A DNA stretch of 64,000 bases, taken from Camelus ferus. Its lineage: Eukaryota. The stretch covers positions 28,832,001 through 28,896,000 of the forward strand of contig NC_045696.1 of the NCBI RefSeq assembly GCF_009834535.1, written 5' to 3'. The notes below the pieces were generated by a model. It did no database searches. It was not told the DNA's origin and saw only the letters and a program-made list of their open reading frames with translations. A program made the translations under genes and the position numbers. The first letter of the stretch is position 1. Each line of letters starts with the position of its first letter. Shown piece by piece: positions 39,669 through 53,788 of the stretch.

Positions 39669-41649
39669 GTGCAGGAGGAACTCCCTGGGATGGAGGCTGG
39701 AACCCACCTCTCACCCACTCGTGGTGGTGAAGTCAATAATGTGGGAAACAGAATCTCAAGTTACAATTAAAAACCCCAAACTTGCAGTTGTATGTTTTCC
39801 CTGCTCAAGAAGTACCAGTGATATTATGACAGATGGACTTGGCAATCAACTAAAAGTCAAATTATCTTTCCTCTGATGGTTAGAAAACCTTTACAGATAA
39901 ACTTTTCAAGGAGGCTTCTACTTGAACTAGACGGCGCTGATTGGCGATTTGGTATTTTAGTATGTGCTTTTCTAATTCAAATGCCATGTTCCACTTACTT
40001 AAATTACAGCATTATTCATGTGAAAGTCCGCTTCATACAGTCCCACATGCAGTAAAATACTGACACAATGCAATTATTTTTCCAAGTTTATAATACGTAT
40101 AAACTTAGAGAAAAATATTCGCTTTCATAGTAATATGTAAGATTGTTTTGATCAAACTGTGTAAAACATCAAGGCTTAAGGGAAGAGCATAAACAACTTC
40201 TTCAATATTTTCTGCAATAGAGAGCTATTAAAAACATGCTCTCACTATTCTGGTACTTATTATTCCATGAACATAAAAGCCAGATCAAACTATTTTAGGT
40301 TTATTGATATTGAGCATTTGTCTTCATGTAGAATTTATTATTTATTTATTCTTATATAAAATTTAGTATGGAATATAAATGATGTGGCGATTTTTCTTTT
40401 TTTGCTTCAAATGCCAGATTAGAGAGCTATATATATATTTTTTGCTTTCCAGTGTCTTATATAATATTGATGAAGAATTATTTATTTTAAAACATTTTAA
40501 AAGTATTTTCTATAACATAGTTAAGAAAAAAATATATGTTTAAGTATCGTATAAGAGAGAAAGTACTTAATTTAGATACTAATTCTGAAGTATTACTCAT
40601 AATATTTATATTCTAATAATCAAAACTCATATTTTAATTAACAGTTTAATTTTGTGTATCAATAGTTTTAATTTTATTAGCTATCATTAGTTCTAAGCAT
40701 GTAAAAAACCACAAAGTATAAACTCTAATGTTTTTGTTTTATTTGCTGCTGTGGATACCGAGCAGTTGAGTAAGCCATGATCCTTTCCCTTAAGTGAAAA
40801 AGATTATACTATAATAGCAGAAAACATTTAAAATTGTGTAATATTTTTCATTCATTGTTCATCTATACTAGGTATTAGAAATACAAAATGAGAAACCATC
40901 TGCCCAAGGAAAAGTTAGATTTTTAGTAAGGAACAATTACTAGTACTTAGAAGGTAAATTAGAATTTTATGAATCTTATGAAAATAATTTGTTTTTAGGA
41001 CTGTTGCTTAATTATTCATATATGTTAAGAAGTGCATTTATGTTGAGTATGATTATAAGAAGCATTAGGAATGAGTTATTTGATATGAGAGTTGAAATAT
41101 GAAATATATATACAAAAGAATAATGTATATGTGAATATGTACATTATATATATATATTTATAAATAAACATGAAAGACATAGACTTCTGGGAGGTTTTTG
41201 CCATGTTTCATGAAGGAGGTAGCATTTGAACTGGGGTTTAGAGGATTGAGAGTATTCTTATAAACCAAAACGAAAGGGAGAGATCTTCCAAAAAGAAGAG
41301 ATAGATTAGGCAAAGCAATTAAGCTGAGGAAAAAACACGTCAAATTTGAGGTCAGGTGAATGATTCAGCTTTGAGTCAAGTCTCAGGGCATATGGCATGG
41401 AGTCAGTATAGAGCTGATTAGAGGTAGCTCCTGCCACAAACTTCATTCAATATGGAAGGATGATTCTTACAATTTCTGGGACAGAGATATGAACTAAAAA
41501 GATTATTCCAACAGCATTTAGTAGGATGGATTACAGGCTGAGAGAAACCAGACATAGAGAAACAATTTGAAAACAAGGCGGGTTAGGTTAGTGATGAAAA
41601 AAGAACAGAAGCTTTGATGGAAGAAACCTGCTCTGACAGAATCCCCCAA

Positions 41650-41850
41650 GTACAGTAACATACAATGGTTAAAACCACCTCGGAGGCATACAGGCTGGCG
41701 TTCAAAGCCTTGCCTTTCATTTATTCTCCCTGTGAACTTTAAATTTCATTTTTTCTCATCTGAGACCAAGAGCTAGTAATAGAAACTACTTCACAGACTT
41801 GGGAGAATGAAATGAGATGTTGTGTGAAAAGTGCCTAACACAATCGTCAT
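41650..41850 (+). mobile_element. MIR SINE within L2-like sequence
   Basis: acaatggttaaaacc...ctggcgttcaaagccttgc...ttttctcatctgaga...tagtaatagaaactacttcacagact...gagaatgaaatgagatgttgtgtgaaaagtgcctaacaca. Confidence 0.7.
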
Positions 41851-44726
41851 TTAGGGAGTAGTGGTTAAAACAGTGGTGGAGTATCTGATGCCAGATGAAC
41901 TGAATGGGAGAGGCAAAAAGAAAGAATAAATTGAATGTGATTGAGGTTTCTATTCTGTGACTGAGCACTTAAGGGAAACAGAAAAACCTGGAAGAAGATG
42001 AGGATGATAAGTCACAGAGTTTAAACATAGAACTAAAAATCCACACCTATTCATCAAACATCTTGCATTGTTAGTTCTTATCATTTATCAATGATCTTAA
42101 TTGCAGTTTGCTAATTTTCCCTAATTAATTAAGCTTTTTTATTCTATGGCACAGTTTGTATTAAACCCTCCAATGTTTTGTCCCACCTTTGCTACCATAA
42201 AGAGCAGTTGGCTTGCTTCTTTCCCCACAGGTTTCCTTGTCATTCAACGCCTTCTATTCTATTGATTAAATGACTTTTTTGTAAATTTGTATTCAATCCA
42301 ACACCTCCCTTTATAAAAGGTAGGGCGTAGACAAAAGATGCAGTTTCTGGGACCAAATAGATTGTGGAACAGCTGATGCTTTGTTCACAATCTATACTGA
42401 TTGCAATAACTGGATCGATCATGTAGCCATCTGTATTGATTGGTAAGACTGCTGACAATTTGAATTGACTGTCATTTTGCATTGAAACCATCGCCAAAAC
42501 CTCTAAAATCAGCCTTCTTTTAAATAAAGAGTAAAAGGAAAGAAAAAACAAATCAGAGAAGAAAAAGGGTATTATCTATGAACAAGAAAAACGATACCAC
42601 TATTTCACCAACATTACTATGACTACTACACACTGTCATTACTAAGCCTATGGCACTGTACAAAGAATTTGAATATAATATGCTTAAAATGAGTTTTGAA
42701 AAGATGGGGATAGATAAAAAATTAATAACAAAGAAGGGTATTTAGCAACATGAAGCTTTCCAAAAAATATAGGGTGAAATATAGACAGGTAAGACACTAA
42801 CATCTTTAAAATAACTAGATATTTCAATCGACAATACAAATTATTTTCTTTGATTTTATTAACCAATCTCTATTCATGAAAGTAAATCATTCAAAAGCTA
42901 AATCTTTCACTTATTTACTTCTAAAAAATATGCCAGTGTTTTGATTGACTTGTCAGCAACTTTTTAGCATATAGAATTGCCCATATATTTAAATCTTCTG
43001 ACTGTTTCAGATATCAGTGTCAAAAATTCTGTTTGAAAACTATTCAATTATTTAATTATTAATACTTTAATTTTAAGAAAACAAAAACCATAAATGCTAT
43101 TACTATAATCATAATTGAGAAATAGAAGACATATTATTCATAGCTAATAGACTTTATTAAATACAAATCTGAAAAATTAAAATATTTGACATAAAAAATT
43201 AGTGAAAATAAATTAAAATAGAATTATGGTATACAGTATTAACTAAATATTTACATATTGATTTCTATTTAATTTCTAAATATTAACCTACTGATTTCTA
43301 TTTAATTTCTGTATATTTTGCTTTTCTATTTTTCTTATGGAACTAAGTTCAATGAATAATTTAAAAATTAAAAATTATACCTTAAAGCAGTTTTCAATTA
43401 AAACAATCTTGGTTTTTTTGGGGGGGGCAGAGCTCTTTGTAATACTTAATCCCTTAAAAATCAACTTGTTCTAGATTAAATATATTACTTATAACATTTA
43501 CGTTTAGTTAATATTTAAATTTTAAAGTTTAAGGAAAAAGACATTCAAACATTTATATTTCCCATTACAGATTATGCATGACTGTAAATAAAAGTGAATT
43601 TACTTTCTTATTTAAAAGTTAGCATGAAATATAAAAATGAGTATTAGAGGATGGCTTTCTCATGGTTGCTAAAACTGACAAAGGAGACAGTCACAACTTC
43701 TACATTAATTTATTCTTTCATGTGAAGTGTTCTGAACAAAGAACATGAAAGACTTATTTATATTCTTCTGATGAACTTACATTACTCTGAAATCTAATGA
43801 ATAAGTAAAACAACTTTTTCATTTATTGTTTATTAAATATAATATTATCTTCGCTCACCAATTAAGGCACAATTTTATTGCTAAAAGAAGATAGGGCAAA
43901 TTTCAAAACCATAAGAGACTGAAATGATACACATGACATAAGCCTTATAGTTTTAAGATCAATAATAAACACTTCTGTTATTTATTAGAAAAATAAAAAA
44001 AATAAACAGAAAGTAGTTACTTAAAACTAAAATAAAATCACAAATCCTTATCAAATTCCATATTAAATTCAAAATCTTGATTTTAGTGATTGGCTGAAAA
44101 GTTATTATTTGCATTAAAAGCTCTATTCTTTCTTTTAAATATATTTTAAGGAAAGTCCAATTATATTAAGCAATCAAAAATGGTTTACATCCTCCAATTT
44201 CTCTACCCTCTCCTCTTTCTCTTACACACATACATACAAACACACATATGCATGCACACACTCACAACCTAGCTGTGCAAAATAGATAAGTGTAATTATT
44301 AAAATTAAAGCAAGTCATCGTCGTTCAATTATGCTATGTAATTATGACTGTTATCAATAGTTATACAAGGAGGTAAATATTGTGCTAAATGTAACTAGCT
44401 ACAGATACCTCGCTGTACATACAGATAGAATATCACTAACAGATAAATTACTGCTGGTAGAAAGTTGATAGCAAAATAGCTCGATCAATGATTGACTGAT
44501 AGATAGATAGGAATTTTACATATATTTTTTAAACTATTCACTTTTTAAATTTAGGAGAGTTTAATTTTCTTTAATAATTAATTATACCTCAAATATTTCT
44601 CATTCCAGTTTCTGCTTTTGGAGAGAACAGCAAATTTTCTTTTCTTTTCTAAATAAACTGACAAATCAATACACAGTTATGGAAAAATGTACATGGGGAA
44701 TTCAGTTTTTCTTCATAGAAGGAAAC

Positions 44727-44745
44727 TGGTGCCCTCTGCTGTCTA
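44727..44745 (-). promoter_or_regulatory. CTCF-like binding motif
   Basis: Minus strand TAGACAGCAGAGGGCACCA, close to the CTCF core CCASYAGRKGGCRS. Confidence 0.45.
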
Positions 44746-45608
44746 TTTGTAGATTATTTTAGATTTTATTTTCCTGCTGTCTCTGAAAATATTAGAACTG
44801 TAAAAAATCTATCCTTGTATCATGGAATGGTATGATATTATATATATGATATGTAACTAATATGTAATTTTTGATTATAGATGTGATTTATAGATACATT
44901 TTTGAAAACAATAGGTATTGATGAATGTGCGAAGCTGAGGAGTTGGATGGAGATAGTTAATCGCATGTTGATATATATGTAACAGTAAGGAAAAAAGACA
45001 CAAGCACAAATCTTTTAAATAAATGAAAATGCAAAGAACTGAGTACTAAATGAATGTTAAGTGAATTTTTAAAATAATTCTTAATTTTTCACTCTGATCA
45101 GTACCTTAAATATTACACAGCACATAGGAGTATTATTTTGCTGAGTGGTTTATCAAAATAAAACAAAGGAATATTATTAGAGCTAACTGATTTTTCTCTA
45201 TTTTTCCTGATTCTCTTCCCAGTTACACAAAAATGCTTTTAAAAAAGCAATGTGAATGTTATGCAATAGGTTGTAAACATAAGAAAACATTTTTTTCATC
45301 ATTTAATTTACAGATGTCACAATTTATTCTCAAGTTTCCTATTCCTTCAAATTCTGTCTAAGTTAGGAAATATAAGTCAATGAAATCTAAAATTTACAGG
45401 AAAATTATACAAAATATTACATATATTTAAAATAATTTTCTCCTTGTAACTATAAATAATTTTCACATATTAGTATCTTTCTTCAGTAACTATTTATTAT
45501 CTTTCTATAACCCAATTACTCAGCTAAGCCTAAGCATAGAACCATGGGTTAAGTATATAATTGCAATGAGCAATTATACTTTATTTATACTACTTAAATA
45601 TCACCATT

Positions 45609-45633
45609 TATATATATATATATATATATATAT
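45609..45633. repeat. (TA)n microsatellite
   Basis: About 12 TA units. Confidence 0.95.
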
Positions 45634-46021
45634 GAATGGGAAAGATTACAGTATACTTTTCCGTAAGGTTCATTCAAAAATTTGTAGTTTTTCTCCCCCA
45701 AAATACCTCCCTTCCATGTTGAAAGAGATATAGGTAAATAGATTTATGTATGTGTGTGCATATATATAAATATATAGGTAGAAAGGTATCAACTTAAAAG
45801 GATGCTTGCACAAATCCCAGTCAAGTATTCCCAGTATTCACCATAGATGACTACCTCAATGTTTCATGATGCTGTCAAACCCAGGAGAGTCCAAACCAAA
45901 CACCCAAACATATTCATTGTCCTATTCTAACACACAGGCATATAAATATATATTAATCTATCTATTTATCTTTCAATCTATCTATCTATAGAGAGAAATT
46001 ATTTTTGAAAATACCTTCCTA

Positions 46022-46140
46022 GTAGAATTATACCCATTATCTTGTAACAATCTATAATGGAGTATAATCCGCAAAAACACTATGCGTACACCTAAAAATA
46101 ACACAATATTGTAAATCAACTATACTTCAATTTTTAAAAA
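46022..46140 (+). mobile_element. LINE-1 3'-terminal fragment
   Basis: tatcttgtaacaatctataatgg...tacacctaaaaataacacaatattgtaaatcaactatacttcaatttttaaaaa. Confidence 0.8.
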
Positions 46141-47332
46141 TTCAGAAATTTAAAACAACAAAATATATTAGCATAGTACTAATCCATAGAATTAAATATG
46201 CATCTCCTTTCACTGTTGTATTTGTGCACACATTGGAAAGAAATATTCTCCTCCCCTTACTGATCTAAAGTAATTTGCCAAACTTTCTAATAATTAAATG
46301 TAACAGACATAGCTTTAACAATCCATTCATTTTTGAGATATTTTCTAAGACATTTTTCTCCAAAAGAAGAAGAAACTAGGTTTCAAACATGACCTTACCC
46401 ATGCAAAGGACATACAAAAAAAGAGAAGAGTGGCCTTCAAAATCCTGCCCATTTATTTTGATGTACCTTGAGGTACATTAGAGCTACTACCATGATTTGA
46501 TGCAGTGAACAATTCCTATAAGAACAGTGGACTCTGAATTAAGCTGCTTTTTTAATTTGTCATACAACTTCCAACTTGTTCTTAAGTATTCTTTGTTCCT
46601 TGAACATTAATCATAAACAATAGAAAAAAGAATTATATTTTGCACTTCTAATGAATTATTTCATTAAAACAAAATAAGGATCCTTCAAGGAAATATTGTC
46701 CAAATGTAACCGCTCAAGCATGTAGTTATTACTTTCTATGGAAGTAGGAGCTAGACGTAGGACACTACTCAAATTCCCATTCTTTCACATATTTTCTTAA
46801 AATTTCAATATATAATGGCTTAAACTGCATTAAGTTTCATATAGGAAAAGAATAAGAAATTTTGCTTAATATATCTATTCAAGAATCTCATACATGCACT
46901 ATTACTATTAAATATGATTGACAGTTAAGGAACTTCAGTTTTCTCTCTCAAGTCTTACCTTTGACCAGTCTTCTAATCTTCAGCAGTCTTGTATTAGTGT
47001 CTGATGGTCAAGATGACTACCTACAAATCCCTGTCACTCAAAATGCAAAATGGTGTAATCCTGATGAGAGAGAGGCAGTGTCACTGGGAAGCAGAGGACC
47101 TCTCTTTACCTGTTTTTTTATATGCAGAATGAAAATGACATTTTGTGTAACTGTGAATACAAACTGTCTCAGTGCAGCATCCCATTGCTCCAGCCTTATC
47201 TCCTTACTTACTCCCTCCACCCTCCTCTGCATTCTGTGCCCTGAAATTAACTAGCCGTCCTCAGAAAGCCAACTAGGGGTCCCAAATTTGGAAAGCTATG
47301 GTTAATTTTATACACAACTTTGACATCCTTAG

Positions 47333-47570
47333 CAATATAGTAATGTTGTTAAGAGCTTGGCTCAAGAGTCAGACTGCCTGCTTCAGAGTCTTAGCTCTAA
47401 TGTTTCCTGGTGGTAACTACGGCCATTTATTTAAACCTCTCTGAGCCTCAGTTTTCATCTCTGTATACAAATTTAGAACTTGCTATGTCATTCGGTGAAG
47501 TATTTTATGTAAAGCTCCAGATACAGAATGAAGACTCTATAGATATTACTTGTCATTAATTATTATTGTT
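47333..47570 (+). mobile_element. MIR SINE
   Basis: gttaagagcttggctcaagagtcagactgcctg...tatttaaacctctctgagcctcagttttcatctctgta. Confidence 0.8.
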
Positions 47571-50500
47571 CTTATTAGCTTTTTAGCTGACAATTTAATA
47601 GGAAGATAATAATTTAATTGAGGAGATTAGTTAACTTGCAAATGTGTGGTAGCATATAAGGACTTCTGGGAATATCAGATGTGAGAAACTAGAAGGTAAA
47701 AGAAGGCCATAATGTTTTCCAAATTTATTGACTGGTTTGGTGTTGATAACATTAAGAAAAATAGTTGAAATAGGCCTGTGTGTTGGGATAGAAACATAAT
47801 GAACGTGTTTGACTTGGATGCTTCTGGGATTGACAGCACCATGAGACATGCAGGTGGTCATCTACAGTGAATACGGGGAACACTTCAGTAGAATTTGTGC
47901 AAGGGTCCTTTTAAGTTGATAGTAATAGAATTCCCCATGGTATGTACATTGCTTTCTTCTGTTACATAAATAATATATTTTTACTTGAATTTCTTCCCTA
48001 TACCTCCAAACTTATTTTTTTGAATTATAAGTGGTTATGTTTAAGAGAAATTCCTATTTCATTTAAGTCCCTTGAACTTGATCAGAGCCTATTTATAGGT
48101 AACTTCAGTATCCTCTAGGTTCTGAGAGTTACAACTGTTCTTCCTTGATACTATCTAACTATAATGTTCTAAGACTGGGACATTGAAGAAAATCACCAAC
48201 TCTTCATTTTGTGTCACAATTTGTCCCCAAGACTCTGGGGCATTACTGTTTGAACCCAGAAACTCATATAATCTCCCATGAATATGTAACCTTTTTCAGA
48301 TCCTAGCAAACATGTTCAAACACATTAGATCTTCAAACGCTTATTCAGACATTCTACAAGGAAAACATTACAGTGTTTCTGGGTCCCTACCATGCTCTTG
48401 TTAAACAATGGTAAACAAAACACAATACCAACGCTCCCTATTGCTACAGAACTAGCCCTCCAAGGTGAAAACCAATGTTAAATAATAATGCTTACATTCA
48501 TGTGTTCATTCCTTAAATTTACTTAACAGATATTTATTCATCTCATTCTACGCATACTTATTCGGTTCCTTCTCCAGATACTGCCTATGGAGATGCGAAT
48601 GAAACAGAAAACCCCTACCTATGTGGAGTTTAAATTCCACTGAAAAAAGACAACAATAATCAAATTAACAAAGTGAAGGAAAAATGGAGAGTACTTTGCA
48701 AGAAAAGAGAATGACAAGGAGAATTTACTCTATGGGGGGAGAAACCAGTCTATTCTTTCCATTAACATTTAGACTATGAATCCTTGCTAAGCATTGTTTT
48801 TCATTTTATCTCTGTGATTGTATCTTTAAAAGATACACTGACATCCAATATCATTTTATACCATGGAGAATTCTGTGGGCTAAACACGGTAAGTAGACAT
48901 TTGAGTGCAGCATGATTAGCTAGGTAATAAAGGTTGCAAACTTCCACTTCCTCAGTGAAGACTTCCTGTCCTCATCCTAACACATTTTAGAATGAATCGA
49001 GACATGTTTCCCCTTGTGTGCAGTTACAGCTCAGCAATCAGATTCAGATTAAAGTCCTCTCTGGGGCTATCCTATTTCTCACTCAAAGCTGTTTATCTAC
49101 ACTCAATTTCTAATTGCTTCTTTGGTTTTACACTTTTGTTTCCCTAATGCAACTGCAGCTCTGTCCTTAACAAAAGTCGGTTCTTAATAATTAATGTGAT
49201 TGTCCATGTGATTATAAATCTGAAAGGACTTGGATTTTGTGGTCATAAAATGTCAAGTTTTATTTACATTGACTGAAGAAGCCAACCCACCTTTCATCTC
49301 CTTAATTATTCTCATTTATTTAACATTATCTCCTACTCCTATCAGGCATGAGGATAGTCTACATTCACCAGTTAAATTCCAGACATTCAGTCTGTGACTA
49401 TTTAAGAAGATCTGTGCTCTAACTGCATTTTACACAAAATTCTATTTGATTCTTCATTGTAGTGCATTATAATCATGAGGCTCCAAGTGTTAAAGGCAAG
49501 AATAATTACATCTGTGATAATAGGTGAGAGATAAATGTTGTTTAATAAATGGATAAATCAACGCACAGAAGAAAAGGACTCTCCAAAATTACCTGCTCTG
49601 TAGTGCAAAATATTATCTGAAATAACTTATTTCACAGTTTTGAATTATCCCCACTCCAGAAGTCCTCTCTTGCTATGGCTTACTATTTAGTGTATTCCTG
49701 TGCTTTTGTCAGTAAAGGTTAGCAGTCAGTTAAGAGAATGTGAAGATATGCCCCTGCCTGGGAGTACAAGCTTAGCTGTCAGAGTTCTGGAGATCCAGAG
49801 AAGGGCACGAAAGTGGGAAGCAGGTCACTGCTGCATTTTGACTTGTAATCAGCAGCTCCTCCATTACCCCCATCCTCAACCCTATTCCCGCATCACATAT
49901 AAAGGCTGCCTGAGAGTTATGGGTGTTCAAAAATTCTAATTTGTTATTATGCTGAGAGTAACAGAATAATGGTTTCATTCCTGCTTTTTGAGTTTTTTCC
50001 TATTGAGTGTTATTGGGTTAGAAAAACCTTATGATCTCATTTTGGTTATCTACTGCTAAAAGCAATTCATGTGTCACAAAACATATTTTCTGGATATGTC
50101 AAACATAAAATGATCCAGTAACAAAGGAAGCAATCAGCAGTGGTTTGGGTTCTGGGTCATGGTTCTAGAACCTGCCGATTCATGAAAAACTTAAATTATC
50201 CAATAATATTATTTTATCCATGTCTCCAGTTTTGTTTATAAAATGAACATTGTTTCAGCATTGGTTACAATCATTTGAAACTCAGTTTAGATACTAGACC
50301 GTGTAACTACCCTAGTAAGATTTATATTACTGTAAATAGTAACAGTTCTTCTTTAGAGGTGACCATATACTTTATTCTGTCCATTATTCTTGTTAGGAGA
50401 ATATATCAATAATTTCAATAATTAAGGATTTTTAAAATCCATCTTCCACATCTAAATGCATAACAAAATGAAAAATTGAGCCATCTCCTTCATAAGATAT

Positions 50501-50773
50501 ATTTTCAGATTCTCTTCTTCCTTTTTTTTTCCAATACTTTGTCATATTTTTCTTCTGTTTTCTAATAATAGCTCTTGAATTTTAGTTTATCCATCAGGTG
50601 GTTTTAAGATAGGACTGGCCTTAAGTTAATGAAGATATTATTTCTATTTCAAATTTTCTTTCTATAGATAAATATTTGAGAATAAACATATATTGGTCAA
50701 CTCTATCCCTGATTATTTAGTAGGCTTTGGAAGTACAAAGGAAATAGTATTTTGCCCATACCCTTGAGTATGC

Positions 50774-51300
50774 TGAAGTGCAGTGTAGGAGTTTTCCAAA
50801 GTGCTGCCTGTGGAGGTCATGGTGGGGCACCCCACATCCTTCTCATCATAAGAATCTGCTGGGAGATGTGTAAGTTGGCACATATCCCCCCACCATCTGC
50901 TGCACCTTCAGTACTATATAATATTCACACTATGGCCAAAGTCTCTCACAGATGCCCCCAGCCAATGAATAAGCACAGTGCGGTAAACAGAACTGGGTTA
51001 TTCCTGCTGAATGTTGGAATCATCTGATGGGAGCTCTTTGCCCTGAGGCGCGCCATGGGCCTGGACAGAAATTTCATAATAATGTACTATAGAGTAAGGT
51101 TACTCAACACTTCCCTCTTCTTTCTTTCCTCTTCCCCTTCTTCTTTCCTTCCTTCCTTCACACATCATTGTCTTAAGGTCTTCCATGCCTAATTCTTTGT
51201 TCTCTCCCCTTTATTTTTCAAAAATAATTCCCCCAATAAATGTTATATGTGTCTAATATCACCTTGGGATCTGCTTACTGAAAGATCCAAACTGATTCAC
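50774..51300 (+). mobile_element. ERVL-class (LTR16-like) solo LTR
   Basis: 3' end ttcccccaataaatgttatatgtgtctaatatcaccttgggatctgcttactgaaagatccaaactgattca matches the LTR16-family terminus. Internal cccccagccaatga. Confidence 0.7.
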
Positions 51301-52398
51301 ACGTCTTTTATGTGGTAAAATTAAAAGTTGTAACTGAGACAAAAAGTAGGAGGGAATTATACTGAAAATCTGACATTACTGAAACTCTGAAAATATAGAA
51401 ATTGAGAGAACGGTATAGTGTGATGTGGGAAGGAAGGACATTTGAAATTTTTGCTTTACTTTATGGGTTTGGTAAATACGCATCATCTGCATTAATAGAC
51501 CTAGTTTAAACTTGGGGTCACCATATACTTATTTCTTAGCTTTGTTTATTAAGCCCTTGATCTTTTAAGATTTGTATGGGAATTTAAGATAATGTATGTA
51601 GAACACCGAGTTTAGTCAGACACCTAATACTTAACAACTGTTCAAATTATTTCTGACCAATGAATGCAATCATAATTTAAATTGTTTTTATGTAAATCAA
51701 ACCCAACTATTTCTATGCTAGTACATACATATGCAAAATTGAAAGAATATAAAGAACATAGTAATAACATAGGACTGCAATTTAAAAATTTTTATATACC
51801 AAAAAAATAACCTAGGAAGTTAATTGAAATGTATATCCCTGGGCCCCCATATATAGATTTTGTTCATTATATCTGGAAAATTTTCCAGGAATTTGTCCTT
51901 TAAAGAAGCAAAAGTGTTTCTGATGTTGATAGTATATGGAACAAATTTTGACCAAAAAAAATGCTTGTATAGCATATTGAAATGTACTCATTTATTTATT
52001 TAACATGAACCCATAAATTAAATTCAATTTTTCAAGTTTGAAACTACCTGGAGTTAATATATGTATTTTTATAAATAAAACATCTTAACTAGAGAAAAAC
52101 ATCATATTACCAAATATAATGTACTTTACCACACTAGTTATATTCTTTCATGAGTGCAATTTCTCACCATTTGTAAACTCAAATAGAATGAATGTGCAAG
52201 TTACTCATTCCAAGTAGCATAAATAATTTTTAATTGTCAATATCTATTATTTAATATTTATTTAGTGGAATGTTATCATCTCTCAAAATATGAAATTCAA
52301 AAATTTGTATCATTATAATTTTACATCTCTATGTAGGTAACTAACAAATCTATTTAAGTTTTTATTTTAATATATCATTATGTAAATTTAAAGTTTTT

Positions 52399-53788
52399 AA
52401 TATACAATGGAGAAAAGACAGTCTCTTCAGCAAGTATGTTGGGAAAACTGGACAGCAGCACATGTATTAATGAAGTTAGAACACTCCCTCACACCATACA
52501 CAAAAATAAACTCAAAATGGCTTAAAGATTTAAATATAAGACAAGACATGATAAACCTCCCAGAGGAAAACATAGGTAAAACATTCTCTGACATAAATCT
52601 TAGCAATGTTGTCCTAGGGCAGTCTACACAGGCAATAGAAATAAAAGCAGAAATTAACAAATGGGACCTAATTAAACTTATAAGCTTTTGCACAGTAAAG
52701 GAAGCCATAAGCAAAACAAAATGACACTCTATGGAATGGGAGAAAATATTTGCAAGTGATATGACTGACAAAGGTTTAATTTCCAGAATATATTAAAAGC
52801 TCATACAACTTAGTAACAAAAAAAAAACAAACAAACAACCCAATCCAAAAATGGGTAGAAGACTTAAGCAATTCTCCAATGAAGACATACAGATGGCCAA
52901 TAGGCACATGAGAAGAATGTACAATATTGCTAATTATTAGAGAAATGCAAATCAAAATAACAATGAGGTATCACCTCACACCAGTCAGAATGGCCATTAT
53001 TCAAAAGGTCATGAATGATAAATGCTGGAGAAGGTATGGAGAAAAGGGAATTCTCCTACACTGCTAGTGGGAATGTAGTTTAGTGAAGACATTATGGAAA
53101 ACAGTATGGAGATTCTGCAAAAGTCTAAAAATAGATTTACCATATATGATCCATCAATCCTACTGCTGGGCATACATCCAGAGGGAACTCCAATTCAAAA
53201 AGATACATGCACCTCAATGTTCATAGCAGCACTATTTACAATAGCCAAGACATGGAAACTACCGAAATATCCATCGACAGATGACTGGATAAAGAAGCTG
53301 TGGTATATTTATACAGTGGAATACCACTCAGCCATAAAAAATAACATAATGTCATTTGCAGCAAATATGGATGGCCCTGGAGATTGTCATTCTAAGTGAA
53401 GCCAGAAAGAGAAAGAAAAATACCACATGATATCACTTATATGTGGAATAAAAAAAAAAAAAGATAAACTTATTTACAAAACAAAAACAGACTCACAGAC
53501 ACAGAAAAGAAACTTATTTGTTTGTTTCCAAGGGGGAAAAGGGCTGGGAAAGGATAAATTTGGGAGTTTGAGATTTGCAAATGTTTGCCACTATATATAA
53601 AAATAGATTTTAAAAAATCAAATTTCTTCTGCATAGCACACAGGGAACTATATTCAAAATCTTGGAATATCCTTCAATGAAAACAAACATGAAAATGAAT
53701 ATACATATGCATATACATGACTGGGACATCTTCCTGTACACCAGAAATTGACACATTGTAACTGAATGTGTTTCAATAAAAATAATAA
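52399..53788 (+). mobile_element. Relatively young 5'-truncated LINE-1: ORF2 C-terminus and 3'UTR
   Basis: ORFs 52407-52724 (CWENW...LTPYTKINSKWLKDLN...INKWDLIKL.SFCT.KE) and 53094-53399 (YDPSILLLGIHP...CTSMFIAALFTIAKTW...WIKKLWYIYTVEY.SAIK) are L1 ORF2p. CCHC region 53023-53076 reads [17 protein letters not shown] with an in-frame stop. AATAAA tail. Confidence 0.95.

Noticed and set aside
43259..43310. 19-bp direct repeat tgatttctatttaatttct with 33-bp period (CRISPR-like spacing)
   Set aside because: Only two copies in AT-rich mammalian DNA. An ordinary local tandem duplication with no cas genes.
52407..53399. 105-aa and 101-aa ORFs as host genes
   Set aside because: LINE-1 ORF2p fragments broken by stops and frameshifts. 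The antisense 114-aa ORF is their shadow.
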